Under the pieces are notes generated by a model. That model was not told the origin of the DNA. It was given only the letters and a program-made list of their open reading frames with translations, and ran no database searches. From a bacterium (GTDB taxonomy: Bacteria > Electryoneota > Electryoneia > Electryoneales > Electryoneaceae), in contig CAXXKJ010000002.1 in the NCBI GenBank assembly GCA_963675295.2, positions 3,392,001-3,456,000 on the forward strand: a stretch of 64,000 nt of DNA, in the 5' to 3' direction. Positions 18,612 to 28,193 of this stretch are shown piece after piece. Every line of letters starts with the position of its first letter. Position 1 is the first letter of the stretch. Made by a program: the position numbers and the translations under genes.

Positions 18612-20423
18612 ATGACGGCCCATCAGCAACAGGGACGTGGTTCCTCGTTGAAACCCCTTCTGCGCATGTTGCGCATGATGGGCCGCTACGCGCCCCGCCA
18701 GAGCGCGTTGTATCTCGGCTTTTCCGTCATCAGGGGCGTGCTGCCGTTAATCCAACTGGTGCTCTTCAAGTGGATTGTCGACGCGATCGTGGTCGCGGTG
18801 GACGCGCCCGACCCGACCACTGAGCTGCCGAACGTGATGATGTATGTCATCGCCGCCGGGTTCACCTACTGGCTGCTGATCTCATCGACCACGGCGGACA
18901 ACTGGCTGCGGCAGCATCTCGTTCAGCATTTCACCGATCACCTGTTCGACCGGATCCATCGCAAGTCGATCACCGTCGGCCTCGCATACTACGAGAACAG
19001 CGAGTTCCGTGACAGCCTGCACCTCGCGCAACGGGAAGCGCTGACCCGTCCCGCTCGATTGATTCAGGAAACCAGCAGCCTCTTCCAGAACCTGATCTCG
19101 ATCACTGGCATCGCCGGTTTGTTGATCACCGTCCACTGGCTGCTCGGTCCGGTCTTACTCCTGGCGGCATTGCCCGACGTATTCCTCCGATTCTTCTTTT
19201 CGCGGCAGTGGTACAAGTGGGAACGCAGCCGCACGCACGACGAACGCCGCGCCCGCTATTCGAGCTGGGTGTTGACCAGCACGTATTACGCCAAGGAGCT
19301 TCTGCTCTACGGGCTTGGAGACCTGTTCTCCGACCGCTTCCGTGAACAACGGGAGCAGTTGCGCGAGGAGAAGCTGGAGATTGTCGAACGGCAGTCGGCG
19401 TTCGAGTTGATCGCGAAGACGGTCTCCGCGCTGCTCATCTTCGGATTGTACGCCTTCGTCGCGTTCAAGGCCGCAATGGGCGCGATCACACTCGGCGCGC
19501 TGGTGCTGGTAATCCAGGGCCTGGCACGTGGCGGGTCGATGATCCAGCGTGTGCTCACCGGCATCGCGGCGATGTATCAGAACAACCTTTTCCTCACAAA
19601 CCTGTTCGAGTTCCTCGACCGTAAGCCGCAGCTTACGGCGCCCCCCTCACCAGTCGCGGTTCCATCGGACCTGACCCGGAGCCTCGCCGTCGAGAATCTG
19701 TCGTTCCAGTATCCGAACCGGCAGGACTGGGCGCTGCGGGACGTGTCCTTCGAACTCCACCCCAACGAAGTGCTGGCGGTAATCGGCACCAACGGGTCCG
19801 GCAAGACGACGCTGGTCAAGCTGCTGACCCGGCTTTACGACCCCACCGAAGGCCGGATCACGTTGGATGGGACCGACCTGCGCGACTTCGATCCGGACCG
19901 GCTGCGCACATTGTACAGCGTCATCTTCCAGGACTTCGCCAAATTCCACGACAGCGTGCGCGAAAACATTGCTCTAGGCGATCCGTCCGCAGAAGTAAGC
20001 GAGGAGGCGATTCTCGCCGCTGCCCGGGACGCCGGTGTCGACGAATACATCGACCGTCTCCCCAACGGTTACGACACGTTGCTCGGGACCTGGTTCGCGA
20101 ACAGCGTCGACCTCAGCGAAGGTCAGTGGCAACGGCTCGCGCTGGCTCGTGCGTTGGTTCGTCCCTCACGGATCGTTATTCTCGACGAACCTTCCAGCTC
20201 GCTCGATGTCCAGAGCGAACACGCGCTCGTCTCCCGACTGAAGCAGGTGCTCAACGACCGAGCGGCGATCCTGATCAGCCACCGTCTCTCCACCATCCAA
20301 ACCGCCGACCGGGTACTGATCCTCGAGGACGGGCGGGTCAAGGGATTCGGCACCCCCGCCGATTTGCTGACCACGGACAGTGACCTGCTGACCATTCTCG
20401 ATTCCAATCGCAACCGTATCTAG
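18612..20423 (+). CDS. ABC exporter, fused permease and ATPase (peptide-exporter-like)
   Basis: TM domain plus GTNGSGKT, LSEGQWQR, ILDEPSS and ISHRLST. Confidence 0.93.
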   Translation: MTAHQQQGRGSSLKPLLRMLRMMGRYAPRQSALYLGFSVIRGVLPLIQLVLFKWIVDAIVVAVDAPDPTTELPNVMMYVIAAGFTYWLLISSTTADNWLRQHLVQHFTDHLFDRIHRKSITVGLAYYENSEFRDSLHLAQREALTRPARLIQETSSLFQNLISITGIAGLLITVHWLLGPVLLLAALPDVFLRFFFSRQWYKWERSRTHDERRARYSSWVLTSTYYAKELLLYGLGDLFSDRFREQREQLREEKLEIVERQSAFELIAKTVSALLIFGLYAFVAFKAAMGAITLGALVLVIQGLARGGSMIQRVLTGIAAMYQNNLFLTNLFEFLDRKPQLTAPPSPVAVPSDLTRSLAVENLSFQYPNRQDWALRDVSFELHPNEVLAVIGTNGSGKTTLVKLLTRLYDPTEGRITLDGTDLRDFDPDRLRTLYSVIFQDFAKFHDSVRENIALGDPSAEVSEEAILAAARDAGVDEYIDRLPNGYDTLLGTWFANSVDLSEGQWQRLALARALVRPSRIVILDEPSSSLDVQSEHALVSRLKQVLNDRAAILISHRLSTIQTADRVLILEDGRVKGFGTPADLLTTDSDLLTILDSNRNRI

Positions 20424-20464
20424 CAGCGAATCAGCAGTGGCCCGTCCGTCGCTGCCAAAAACAC

Positions 20465-20492
20465 AAGACCCCCGCCGGATGGCGAGGGTTTG
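20465..20492. terminator. Probable bidirectional terminator
   Basis: Imperfect GC stem acccccgcc-ggat-ggcgagggt between the convergent ABC and SurA genes. Confidence 0.5.
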
Positions 20493-20518
20493 TCACTCTG
20501 GGAAACCGCTGTCTGCGG

Positions 20519-21814
20519 CTACAACTCGTCTGTCATCACTTCGATGTAGACATCCTTGTGCTGGTCGGCGAGCCAGTTGGTGTACTCGATTTCCTGCTTC
20601 TCGCGCAATGCCATTTGGCTGATGCGATCCCAATCGCGTTGCAACTCGAGCTCACGGGCATCGTCGTGCTCGGTCACCGTCACCAGGTGCACACCAACTC
20701 GCGACAGAAACGGCTCGCTGATTTCGCCAACGTCGAGATCACGCGCGACCTGCTGGAACTGGTCGGGAATCGAGTTCAGGTCAAACCAACCAAGGTCACC
20801 GCCTAGCTTGGCGGTTTCATCGTCCGCCGAAGCCTCTTTCGCCACATCGGCAAAACTCTCGCCGTCCATGATCCGGTCACGCAGCAGGCGGGCTTTCTCG
20901 ACCGCACGTTCTTCGTCGGCGTCGGTGGCCTGCAGCATCACGAGAATGTGGTTGGTGTTGATTTTCTCACCACGTCGCCAGTTGAGGCGGATGATGTGAT
21001 AGCCGAAACGGGTGCGGATCGGTTCGCTGATCTCGCCTTCTTCGAGGTTGTACGCGACCGCTTCGAAGTCCGGCACGAGGTCGCCACGCTGAGTCGTGCC
21101 GAGCAATCCGCCTTTCGGCGCGCTCGCACGGTCATCCGAGTATTCCATCGCCAGCGAATCGAAATTCGCACCGTTCGCGATCAGGTTGAACAGGCTGTCC
21201 GCCTTGGCCAACGCCTGGTCGCGGGCTTCTTCCGCCGGTTCGACTTCGATCAGGATGTGCGCAAGCCGGACACGTTCCGGCATGGTTGGCAAATCCTCCT
21301 CGACCCGTGCATAGAAATCCTCGACCTCTTTTTTAGTCAGGGTGGTCTTACGGGTTTGCGACGCGCGCACGCGCTCGATCAGCAGGCTGTTGCGCACCTG
21401 GTCACGGAAATCTCGGCGAATCTGGCGAATCGGCTTACCGTAATACTCCTCCAGCGCTTCCTCGCCGCCGACCTCACGGGTAACCTGGTTGATGCGATCA
21501 TCGAGGGTCATGTCGACCTGGCGGTCTTCGACGACGATGTTCGTGTCTTCCTCTGCAATTGCCAGCAGGATTTTCTGGTTGATCAGCTCTTCCAGCACGG
21601 ACGCCTTCAACTGGGCAATCGCGGTTTCGGTGCGATACTGATCGCGGTTGCGCAGCACGATGTCCTGAACATACTGCAGCACTTCGGATTCGAGAATGAT
21701 TTCGTCATCGACGACGGCGATGACGCGATCGACGACCTGGGCGTCCTGTGCGAAGGCCTGGGTTACGAACAGGGCCAGCAACAGGGCCAGAATCGCGATA
21801 CGAGGGGTGCTCAC
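20519..21814 (-). CDS. surA: SurA-like chaperone / parvulin PPIase (two rotamase domains)
   Basis: VVDRVIAVVDDEIILESEV, HILI, KGGLLG, GEISEPIRTRFGYHII, GGDLGWF; GTG 21814 with a GGAGG RBS. Confidence 0.85.
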   Translation of the reverse strand: MSTPRIAILALLLALFVTQAFAQDAQVVDRVIAVVDDEIILESEVLQYVQDIVLRNRDQYRTETAIAQLKASVLEELINQKILLAIAEEDTNIVVEDRQVDMTLDDRINQVTREVGGEEALEEYYGKPIRQIRRDFRDQVRNSLLIERVRASQTRKTTLTKKEVEDFYARVEEDLPTMPERVRLAHILIEVEPAEEARDQALAKADSLFNLIANGANFDSLAMEYSDDRASAPKGGLLGTTQRGDLVPDFEAVAYNLEEGEISEPIRTRFGYHIIRLNWRRGEKINTNHILVMLQATDADEERAVEKARLLRDRIMDGESFADVAKEASADDETAKLGGDLGWFDLNSIPDQFQQVARDLDVGEISEPFLSRVGVHLVTVTEHDDARELELQRDWDRISQMALREKQEIEYTNWLADQHKDVYIEVMTDEL

Positions 21815-21818
21815 TTGC

Positions 21819-22739
21819 TTACTCCTCCGTGACCGGGGACGGGGTGTCAACATCCACACTGTCCACGGTTTCTTCGTGACTGGGTACAGATTCAGGTTCG
21901 GCGAATCCATCGCCGAGCCGGATGCGGACGAGTCCGCTTTGACGGGCTTCCCGGCGCAGGGCTTCGACGTAGTCAAGTTTGCTCCGGCTCCGCAGTTCCG
22001 CCATCATCCGGTCGCGTACGACATCCGCGACCTCTTCGAATGGACGAGTGCGTCCCTCCTGGAAACGATCCAGCAGTTTGACGATCATCCACTCCCCATG
22101 ATACTCGACAGGCAGGCTGGAGTGTCCAGAGCGGAGAGGCTGGATCGCAGTCGAGATTTCCCGGGGCAACCGGCTGACGCTGATGTTGGTCAACGTATCA
22201 ATTCGGCTGACACCAATTTCCTCGACCATTTGCGCCGCTGTTGCGGATTGATCGAACGCTTCGCGCAACCGCCAGGCGCTGTTCTTCGAATCAACGTACG
22301 CGACGACGAGATTCACTTCCTTCGCGACTCGGGTATACTCACCGGTATGATTCTTCCAGTACTCGACAACATCCGACGATGACGGCGTATCGACAACCGT
22401 ATTCACTTCGATCAACGAGTTGATCAGTAAGTCGTCTTCGAGCGCAGCGATCCGGCGTTTGAAATCCGGATCACGCTGCAGCTTGTTCTGCCGGGCTTCG
22501 TACACCAGCAGCCGAGTGTCGACCCAGTTGTTGACATAGCGGGCGATGTCCTGCTCGCGCGGGTACTCGATCCCCATTTGCCGGAGCACGTCGAGTACGT
22601 CCTCCTCGGTGATCCATTCGTCACCGACGACGGCGAGTGCATCCGCCGGGGGTTCGGATTTGAACAGGCCGCACCCGGCAGTCAGCAACAAGAGAAAGAC
22701 GGCCAGCGCAGCGCCGGCCGTCTTGATTGCCACTTGCAT
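21819..22739 (-). CDS. PPIase-like lipoprotein (rotamase)
   Basis: Lipobox TAG-C; ALAVVGDEWIT and RPFEEVADVVR; middle gene of the tandem PPIase operon. Confidence 0.75.
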   Translation of the reverse strand: MQVAIKTAGAALAVFLLLLTAGCGLFKSEPPADALAVVGDEWITEEDVLDVLRQMGIEYPREQDIARYVNNWVDTRLLVYEARQNKLQRDPDFKRRIAALEDDLLINSLIEVNTVVDTPSSSDVVEYWKNHTGEYTRVAKEVNLVVAYVDSKNSAWRLREAFDQSATAAQMVEEIGVSRIDTLTNISVSRLPREISTAIQPLRSGHSSLPVEYHGEWMIVKLLDRFQEGRTRPFEEVADVVRDRMMAELRSRSKLDYVEALRREARQSGLVRIRLGDGFAEPESVPSHEETVDSVDVDTPSPVTEE

Positions 22740-22740
22740 C

Positions 22741-24498
22741 TTAACCGGCGGACGAATCATTGCCCCCTTCGCCAGCCCAGGTGGTGTTCGGGAAGGTGAT
22801 GTCAATCGCGCGTTTGTTCAGCTGCCAGTCGATGGCGCTCTTGATGCTGTCCATGTACGTGGTCTTGCGCGTTTCACGGCTCCACGCACGCCAGTCGACA
22901 TTCACCTTGTCCTTGACGTTCTCGAATTCATCCGGCTTCGGCTCTTCCTTCGAGATCACCTTGAACACCGACCACTTACCCTGCACACGCAGCGGCCCGA
23001 CGATCTCGCCGATTTCCGCTTCGGCGGCATTGCGGCCAATGGCACCGTACTGAGCCTTCCGGATCGGGCCGAAGATACCTTCCTTCTCCTTCACGCCCGG
23101 ACGAGTGGTGTATTCAATCGCCAGCTCCTTCAGCGACTTGTCACCGCGTTCGGCCATCGCCTTGACGCTGTCCGCCATCTCGCGATCTTCGAGGAAGACT
23201 TCGATCAATGTGTACTGCGCGTCAAGCATGTAGTCTTCCATGTGTTGGTCGAAGTACTTCTGCAGGTCTTCGTCCGTCGGTTCCGGAATCTCATTGATAT
23301 CCTGGTTCACGATCTGACGAATGCGGATGTCTGCCGCCATCTTGGCCTGTTCCAGCACTTCCGGCAGGCTGAGGAAACCGCGTTTCTTGGCGTCATCCGG
23401 CAACAGCACCTTTTCGGTGATGTAGTTCTCAACGATCGCCTTGACCATCTCCGCATCTTCGAACTTGCGATTTGCCATGTGACGCTGCACATACGGCTTC
23501 AGGTCGGCGGCGGTAAACGAACCGTCATCGTATGTCACCAGGTCCCATTTCAGCTGTTTTTCAGTGAGGAAGCTGAACGGATCGGCGGCCGGCTGACGCG
23601 ATTCAATAATGTCGTAGACCTTGTTGATGTTACTCATCTGGAATTCAACATTGCGGGAAGTTTCCAGGTCCTTGACATACTGCCGCGCCATGTCTACCAG
23701 CTCCTGGCCGTGTTCACGCATCGCCAGCTGCTTGATCCGTTCCTTGTCCTCTTCATAGCTCGGACGGTCCGGAATCGGACGGACTTCGTGCGTGAAGATC
23801 AGGTGCCAACCGAATGGCGTGTACACCGGATCGGACATGTGACCCGGCTCTGTTGCGAATGCAACGTTCTCGAACGACGGAACCATCTCACCACGGCGGA
23901 ACCAGCCCAGCTCACCGTTCTGCGAGTTGGTGTCTTCGCTGTTCTCGAGGGCGGCGTTGGAGAAGACCGTGCTGTCAACGGTCTCGTTGTTGTCGAGGAT
24001 CTCCTTGCGGATCTCTACGATCGCGTCATGCGCCTGGACCGAATCCGTGTCCTGGTCGATGCGGATCAGGATGTGGGATGCGTTGACTTCGAACCCGTCA
24101 CGCTCGTAGTAGGCTTTGAGGCTGTCTTCCGGAATCAGCGAGTCGACGATGGTCCGTGTGTACAGCTCGCCGATCGCGGCCATGTTCCGCGCCTCTTCGT
24201 ACGAGGACAACACTTCCGGACGGTTGGCGTAACCCTTCGCGCGGCCGTCCGCGGCCTTCAACTCACCTTCGAGAACCTCGGTGACATAATTATCCATCGC
24301 TTCACGAGTCTGCGTCGCGAGCATCATCTCACCGCCGAACCTGCGCAGCGCGAGATTTTTAAACTCATCCGTGGTCATTTCGTCGCCGTCGACAACCATC
24401 ACCACATCGTTGCCGAGTTTTTCACCGCAGCCCCAGATCAGGGTCAGCGCGGCCAGAGCGAGAAACAGCGCCATCAACTTGGTCTTCATCGGTCTCAC
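22741..24498 (-). CDS. Parvulin-type PPIase lipoprotein (two rotamase domains)
   Basis: Lipobox IWG-C; VNASHILI, GELGWF..GEMVPSFENVAF, SDPVYTPFGWHLI. Confidence 0.88.
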   Translation of the reverse strand: MRPMKTKLMALFLALAALTLIWGCGEKLGNDVVMVVDGDEMTTDEFKNLALRRFGGEMMLATQTREAMDNYVTEVLEGELKAADGRAKGYANRPEVLSSYEEARNMAAIGELYTRTIVDSLIPEDSLKAYYERDGFEVNASHILIRIDQDTDSVQAHDAIVEIRKEILDNNETVDSTVFSNAALENSEDTNSQNGELGWFRRGEMVPSFENVAFATEPGHMSDPVYTPFGWHLIFTHEVRPIPDRPSYEEDKERIKQLAMREHGQELVDMARQYVKDLETSRNVEFQMSNINKVYDIIESRQPAADPFSFLTEKQLKWDLVTYDDGSFTAADLKPYVQRHMANRKFEDAEMVKAIVENYITEKVLLPDDAKKRGFLSLPEVLEQAKMAADIRIRQIVNQDINEIPEPTDEDLQKYFDQHMEDYMLDAQYTLIEVFLEDREMADSVKAMAERGDKSLKELAIEYTTRPGVKEKEGIFGPIRKAQYGAIGRNAAEAEIGEIVGPLRVQGKWSVFKVISKEEPKPDEFENVKDKVNVDWRAWSRETRKTTYMDSIKSAIDWQLNKRAIDITFPNTTWAGEGGNDSSAG

Positions 24499-24802
24499 AA
24501 TCTCCTTCGTCGTCCCGGTTCACACGGTCAGCGGCAGCAGAGTAGAAATGTCCCAGTCTGCGTAACGGACCGCGCCCTCCCTCCGGGAAGGAAAACTTCG
24601 TTTACGTTAAAGGTCGTCTCAGAGCGGGGAAGGTAGCCTCACCCCCGCGCGGTTGCAAGGTTTATTTCCCTCGCACGTACAGGGTACCCATGTACTACTC
24701 ATCACCACAATGACAGTTTCCACGGGCTCTCTGGTGTTTACTATATTCCTGCACAGGCCGGTACACTGTATCCACCGGAAAATTCAACCACGGAGCCTGT
24801 TC

Positions 24803-25597
24803 ATGCCACGCGTCGGGATCCTCTCCCTGTTGTCGTGTATTCTGCTGACGCTCACCCTGTCCAGCCCGTCCCCCGCTCAGACTCCGGACGATACCCGGTA
24901 CCTCGAACTGCAGGAACTGGCACTGAATCCGACGGCAGGCACATTGAAACAGGGGCAGTATGGAGTAGACATCCGGGCGTACGGGGACGGCGGCCTGCTC
25001 GCCGGTGTCGGCGTCGGATTATTCCACCGTTTCATGTTCGGCATCTCCTATGGCGGGCAGAACATGCTCGGCTACGATGAGTTCAAGGGCAATGATCTGC
25101 CGGGCGTGCAGGTACGTTATCGTGTCATCGAGGAGTCGATGCGCATGCCGGCGGTGACGGTTGGCTACCAGATGCAGGGGTACGGCTCGTGGGACAAGGA
25201 GGTCGAGCGCTACCTGTACAAGGCGCCGGGCGCGTTCGCGGTCATTTCCCGCAATTTCGGGTCGCCCTATGGTCACTTCGGCATTCACGCCGGCATCAAC
25301 TACAACACCATCGAGACCAATGACCAGCGCGGCTGGGACGGCTACTTCGGGGTCGACTTCAGCCTCAACGAGCAGCTGACCATCGTCGGCGAGTACGACC
25401 TCGGCCTCGACGACAACATCGACGACAACGGCTATGGCGAGGGCGAGTACGGCTATTTCAATGCCGCGGTGCGCTTCTCGTTTGCCCAGTCGTTCGCGAT
25501 TCAGGTTGATGTCTACGATTTGCTCAACACCAGCGACCGCACCGAGGGCTTTGGCCGGGCGCTGAAGGTGTTCTACGTCGAAACGTTCAGCCTGTAA
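24803..25597 (+). CDS. Outer-membrane beta-barrel protein (YjbH-like)
   Basis: Signal peptide, PTAGTL motif, amphipathic strands, C-terminal aromatic residue. Confidence 0.6.
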   Translation: MPRVGILSLLSCILLTLTLSSPSPAQTPDDTRYLELQELALNPTAGTLKQGQYGVDIRAYGDGGLLAGVGVGLFHRFMFGISYGGQNMLGYDEFKGNDLPGVQVRYRVIEESMRMPAVTVGYQMQGYGSWDKEVERYLYKAPGAFAVISRNFGSPYGHFGIHAGINYNTIETNDQRGWDGYFGVDFSLNEQLTIVGEYDLGLDDNIDDNGYGEGEYGYFNAAVRFSFAQSFAIQVDVYDLLNTSDRTEGFGRALKVFYVETFSL

Positions 25598-25619
25598 TGG
25601 GCTTCACTCAGGGATACGG

Positions 25620-26723
25620 ATGACCATGCGGCAAGTTCTTATCGTGGCAGTAATCTGCCTGCTGATGCTGGCGGGTTCACCGCAGGCCAGCGAAATCAGC
25701 GTCTACGGGACATTCATGAACGGCGGCACGGTGCTCAACACGGCCACCGCCAACAGCATGATGATCCTCGACGACGGCCTGCTGTCATTGTGGACCAACC
25801 CGGCCGGTATCCTCAGCGAGCGACACCAGATCTTCGCCGGCGGTAGTTTGCAGACGGCGTACAGCACTCAATCGCAGGTGTCTCCGGCCAACGTAAAAGC
25901 CGGAATCGGCATGATCGGCTACCTCTACACCTTCCCGACCAGCGCGTTCGCGCTCGCTTTCACTCCTCGAAATTCCGTTGAGGCCAGCGCGGAATACAAT
26001 CTTAGCACCACGTCCTACGAGATCCGCAACACGTTCACGTATTCCGAGCTGACGGCAACCTACGCTCGCAAAATCGGGCGGGGCTACAGCCTCGGTGTCA
26101 GCGCCGGTCCAATCCTCGGACAAGGCAAGGCGGGTGCCATCACGCAGAGCAATCCGCAGGAGACTCTGTACAATCCGCTACTGTGGTTTGCCCGTATCGG
26201 CCTGAAGCAGAAAACCGGTGTCATGAGCTGGGGTCTCGCGCTGGAAACGCCGTCGATTGGCAAATTCACCATCGAGGAACCGACCCTGGTTGGATACCAG
26301 CGCACCAAGACCGACATCGACTATTCCGGTGCGCTGGGTGTGCGGGCCGGTGTCGGCTGGGACATGCGCTTCATGGGCGTCGAGGCGGACTTGCTGTACT
26401 ACAACACTGACATGATCCAGGTGGACGGCGAGAGTGCCGACTTTGACGCGCCAGTGCTCAGCGTTGGTGCCGCCGCCCAGATGCAGGTGCATGAGCTGGT
26501 CCGGGCGCGGATGGGTTTGCGTGTCCGGGTTGAGGATCCGAACGATCGCTCGTTCCTGCAATTGGGTCTCGGCGGATCGTACACCATCAGCGATGAACTG
26601 CTGGTCTACGGTTCCGGTGGGCTCATGTTCCCGAACGGGGACGGGATCAAAGGCACGGCGTTGGAAGACCTGCTGCCGTTTACCTTGCGTGCCGGAGTCA
26701 TCTACCAGAACTTGCCGGAATAG
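25620..26723 (+). CDS. Outer-membrane beta-barrel protein (FadL/PorV-like)
   Basis: Signal peptide, SLWTNPAGI motif, alternating beta-strand pattern. Confidence 0.55.
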   Translation: MTMRQVLIVAVICLLMLAGSPQASEISVYGTFMNGGTVLNTATANSMMILDDGLLSLWTNPAGILSERHQIFAGGSLQTAYSTQSQVSPANVKAGIGMIGYLYTFPTSAFALAFTPRNSVEASAEYNLSTTSYEIRNTFTYSELTATYARKIGRGYSLGVSAGPILGQGKAGAITQSNPQETLYNPLLWFARIGLKQKTGVMSWGLALETPSIGKFTIEEPTLVGYQRTKTDIDYSGALGVRAGVGWDMRFMGVEADLLYYNTDMIQVDGESADFDAPVLSVGAAAQMQVHELVRARMGLRVRVEDPNDRSFLQLGLGGSYTISDELLVYGSGGLMFPNGDGIKGTALEDLLPFTLRAGVIYQNLPE

Positions 26724-26745
26724 GGCTAACTAGACCGGGGGACGG

Positions 26746-27780
26746 ATGTTTCGCGTCGATCTTCGCAGCGACACGGTAACCAAACCGACGGCGACCATGC
26801 GCCGGGTGATGTTTGACGCCGAGGTCGGGGATGATGTGTTCGGAGAAGATCCATCGATCCGCGCCCTCGAGGAACGGGTCGCCGAAATCCTCGGCAAGGA
26901 AGCTGCCCTGTTCGTGCCCTCCGGCACCATGGCGAACCAGATTTCACTGGCGGTAATTGCCAATACCGGTAGTGAGATCTACTGCAGCGAAAAAGCTCAC
27001 ATCTTCAACTACGAGTCCGGCGGGATTTCCGTCATCGCCCGGGCTCAGCTGCACACCATCCCCGGCGACCGGGGCATCTTCAGCGCTGATGAGGTCGCGA
27101 AACGCCTGCGTCCCGTGGATGATCACTTCCCCGTCTCACGCATCATCGAGATCGAGAACACGATGAACGGTGGCGGTGGTGCGATCTGGCCATTGGACTT
27201 GGTCGCCGCACACCGTGAACTCGCGAATCAGCACGGCATGTGGATCCACCTCGACGGCGCCCGGCTGTGGAATGCAGCGGTTGGCAGCGGTGTGCGAGAG
27301 GAAACCTGGGCATCGTACGCTGACACCGTCTCGGTCTGTTTCAGCAAAGGCCTCGGCGCTCCGGTCGGCAGCGCGATTGCGGGTAGCCGTTCGTTCATCG
27401 AGGAAGCCCACCGCTGGCGAAAACGGCTCGGCGGCGGTGTGCGTCAGGCCGGCATCATCGCGGCGGGCGCGTTGTACGCCATCGAGCACCACCGCGACCG
27501 GTTGCACGACGATCACCAGCGCGCGAAACGGCTGGCGGAGGAATTGAACCAGTACGATGTGATCGACGTTGACATGGAAGGGGTGCAGACGAACATCGTG
27601 TGGCTTACCTTCAAGGACGATTCCGCGTTGACGATGATGAACTCGTTGAAAGAACGAGGAATCGGCACGATTGCGTTTGACGGGCAGCGCATGCGCTTGG
27701 TCACCCACCTCGACGTGGACGACAAAGGCATTGACGCAGCCCTGCTCGCGTTCCGTGAACTACTTTCGGCGACACCATGA
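26746..27780 (+). CDS. ltaE: Low-specificity L-threonine aldolase
   Basis: DLRSDTVTKP, GDDVFGEDP, PSGTMANQ, HLDGARLWNA, CFSKGLGAPVGS (PLP lysine). Confidence 0.95.
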   Translation: MFRVDLRSDTVTKPTATMRRVMFDAEVGDDVFGEDPSIRALEERVAEILGKEAALFVPSGTMANQISLAVIANTGSEIYCSEKAHIFNYESGGISVIARAQLHTIPGDRGIFSADEVAKRLRPVDDHFPVSRIIEIENTMNGGGGAIWPLDLVAAHRELANQHGMWIHLDGARLWNAAVGSGVREETWASYADTVSVCFSKGLGAPVGSAIAGSRSFIEEAHRWRKRLGGGVRQAGIIAAGALYAIEHHRDRLHDDHQRAKRLAEELNQYDVIDVDMEGVQTNIVWLTFKDDSALTMMNSLKERGIGTIAFDGQRMRLVTHLDVDDKGIDAALLAFRELLSATP

Positions 27781-27959
27781 GTTCATTGATCCTGATTATC
27801 GCACTGGTGGTTTCCATTTTCACTCTCGGAGTGCTGACGAAGCTGCTTCGCGAGGTGAACCGGCACGCGTCCAGCGAGCTGGAGGAAACCGAACGGCGGA
27901 TCGAGGAACTGGAAGCTCAGATGGACAAGCTGGAACAGCTGGAAAAGGAAGACGATTAG
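27777..27959 (+). CDS. Small membrane protein with a coiled-coil tail
   Basis: ATGA overlap with ltaE; N-terminal TM helix and acidic heptad tail. Confidence 0.65.
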   Translation: MSSLILIIALVVSIFTLGVLTKLLREVNRHASSELEETERRIEELEAQMDKLEQLEKEDD

Positions 27960-27960
27960 A

Positions 27961-28178
27961 CAGTTGTCAGATGTCAGATGTCAGATGTCAGTTGTCAGTG
28001 GTATTTGGTATTTGGTATTTGGTATTTGGTATTTGGGTGTTGCCATTGCCCACAGCCTATAGCCCATAGCCCGAATTCAGTTGTCAGTGGTCTGTTACTC
28101 ATCACTCACCACTCATCACTCATAACTGATGTCGGTGCCAGAGCCCCGCGCCCCAAGCCCGGAGCCCGTATTTTCAGC
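27961..28178. repeat. Composite heptamer tandem-repeat array
   Basis: (WTGTCAG)x5, (TGGTATT)x5, AGCCCA-type x4, ACTCATC-type x4, GAGCCC-type x4. Confidence 0.9.
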
Positions 28179-28193
28179 ACACGGACGAACGCC

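Noticed and set aside
17152-20423. Classical lasso peptide cluster
   Set aside because: No asparagine-synthetase-like cyclase or B2 transglutaminase-like peptidase in the window, and the leader lacks a clean T-x-G junction.
22546-24636. Long antisense ORFs (e.g. 696 aa here, 530 aa at 43703-45295, 403 aa at 2582-3793)
   Set aside because: Shadow ORFs opposite well-supported genes, as expected at high GC; no recognisable motifs.
27961-28178. Possible CRISPR array in the repeat-rich intergenic regions
   Set aside because: Units are 7-nt tandem repeats without unique spacers, and no cas genes are present.
27978-28193. N-terminal extensions of yhaM, der (45657) and the hydrolase (40639) in the ORF track
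   Set aside because: They are translations of heptamer repeat DNA; downstream ATGs match the family N-termini.
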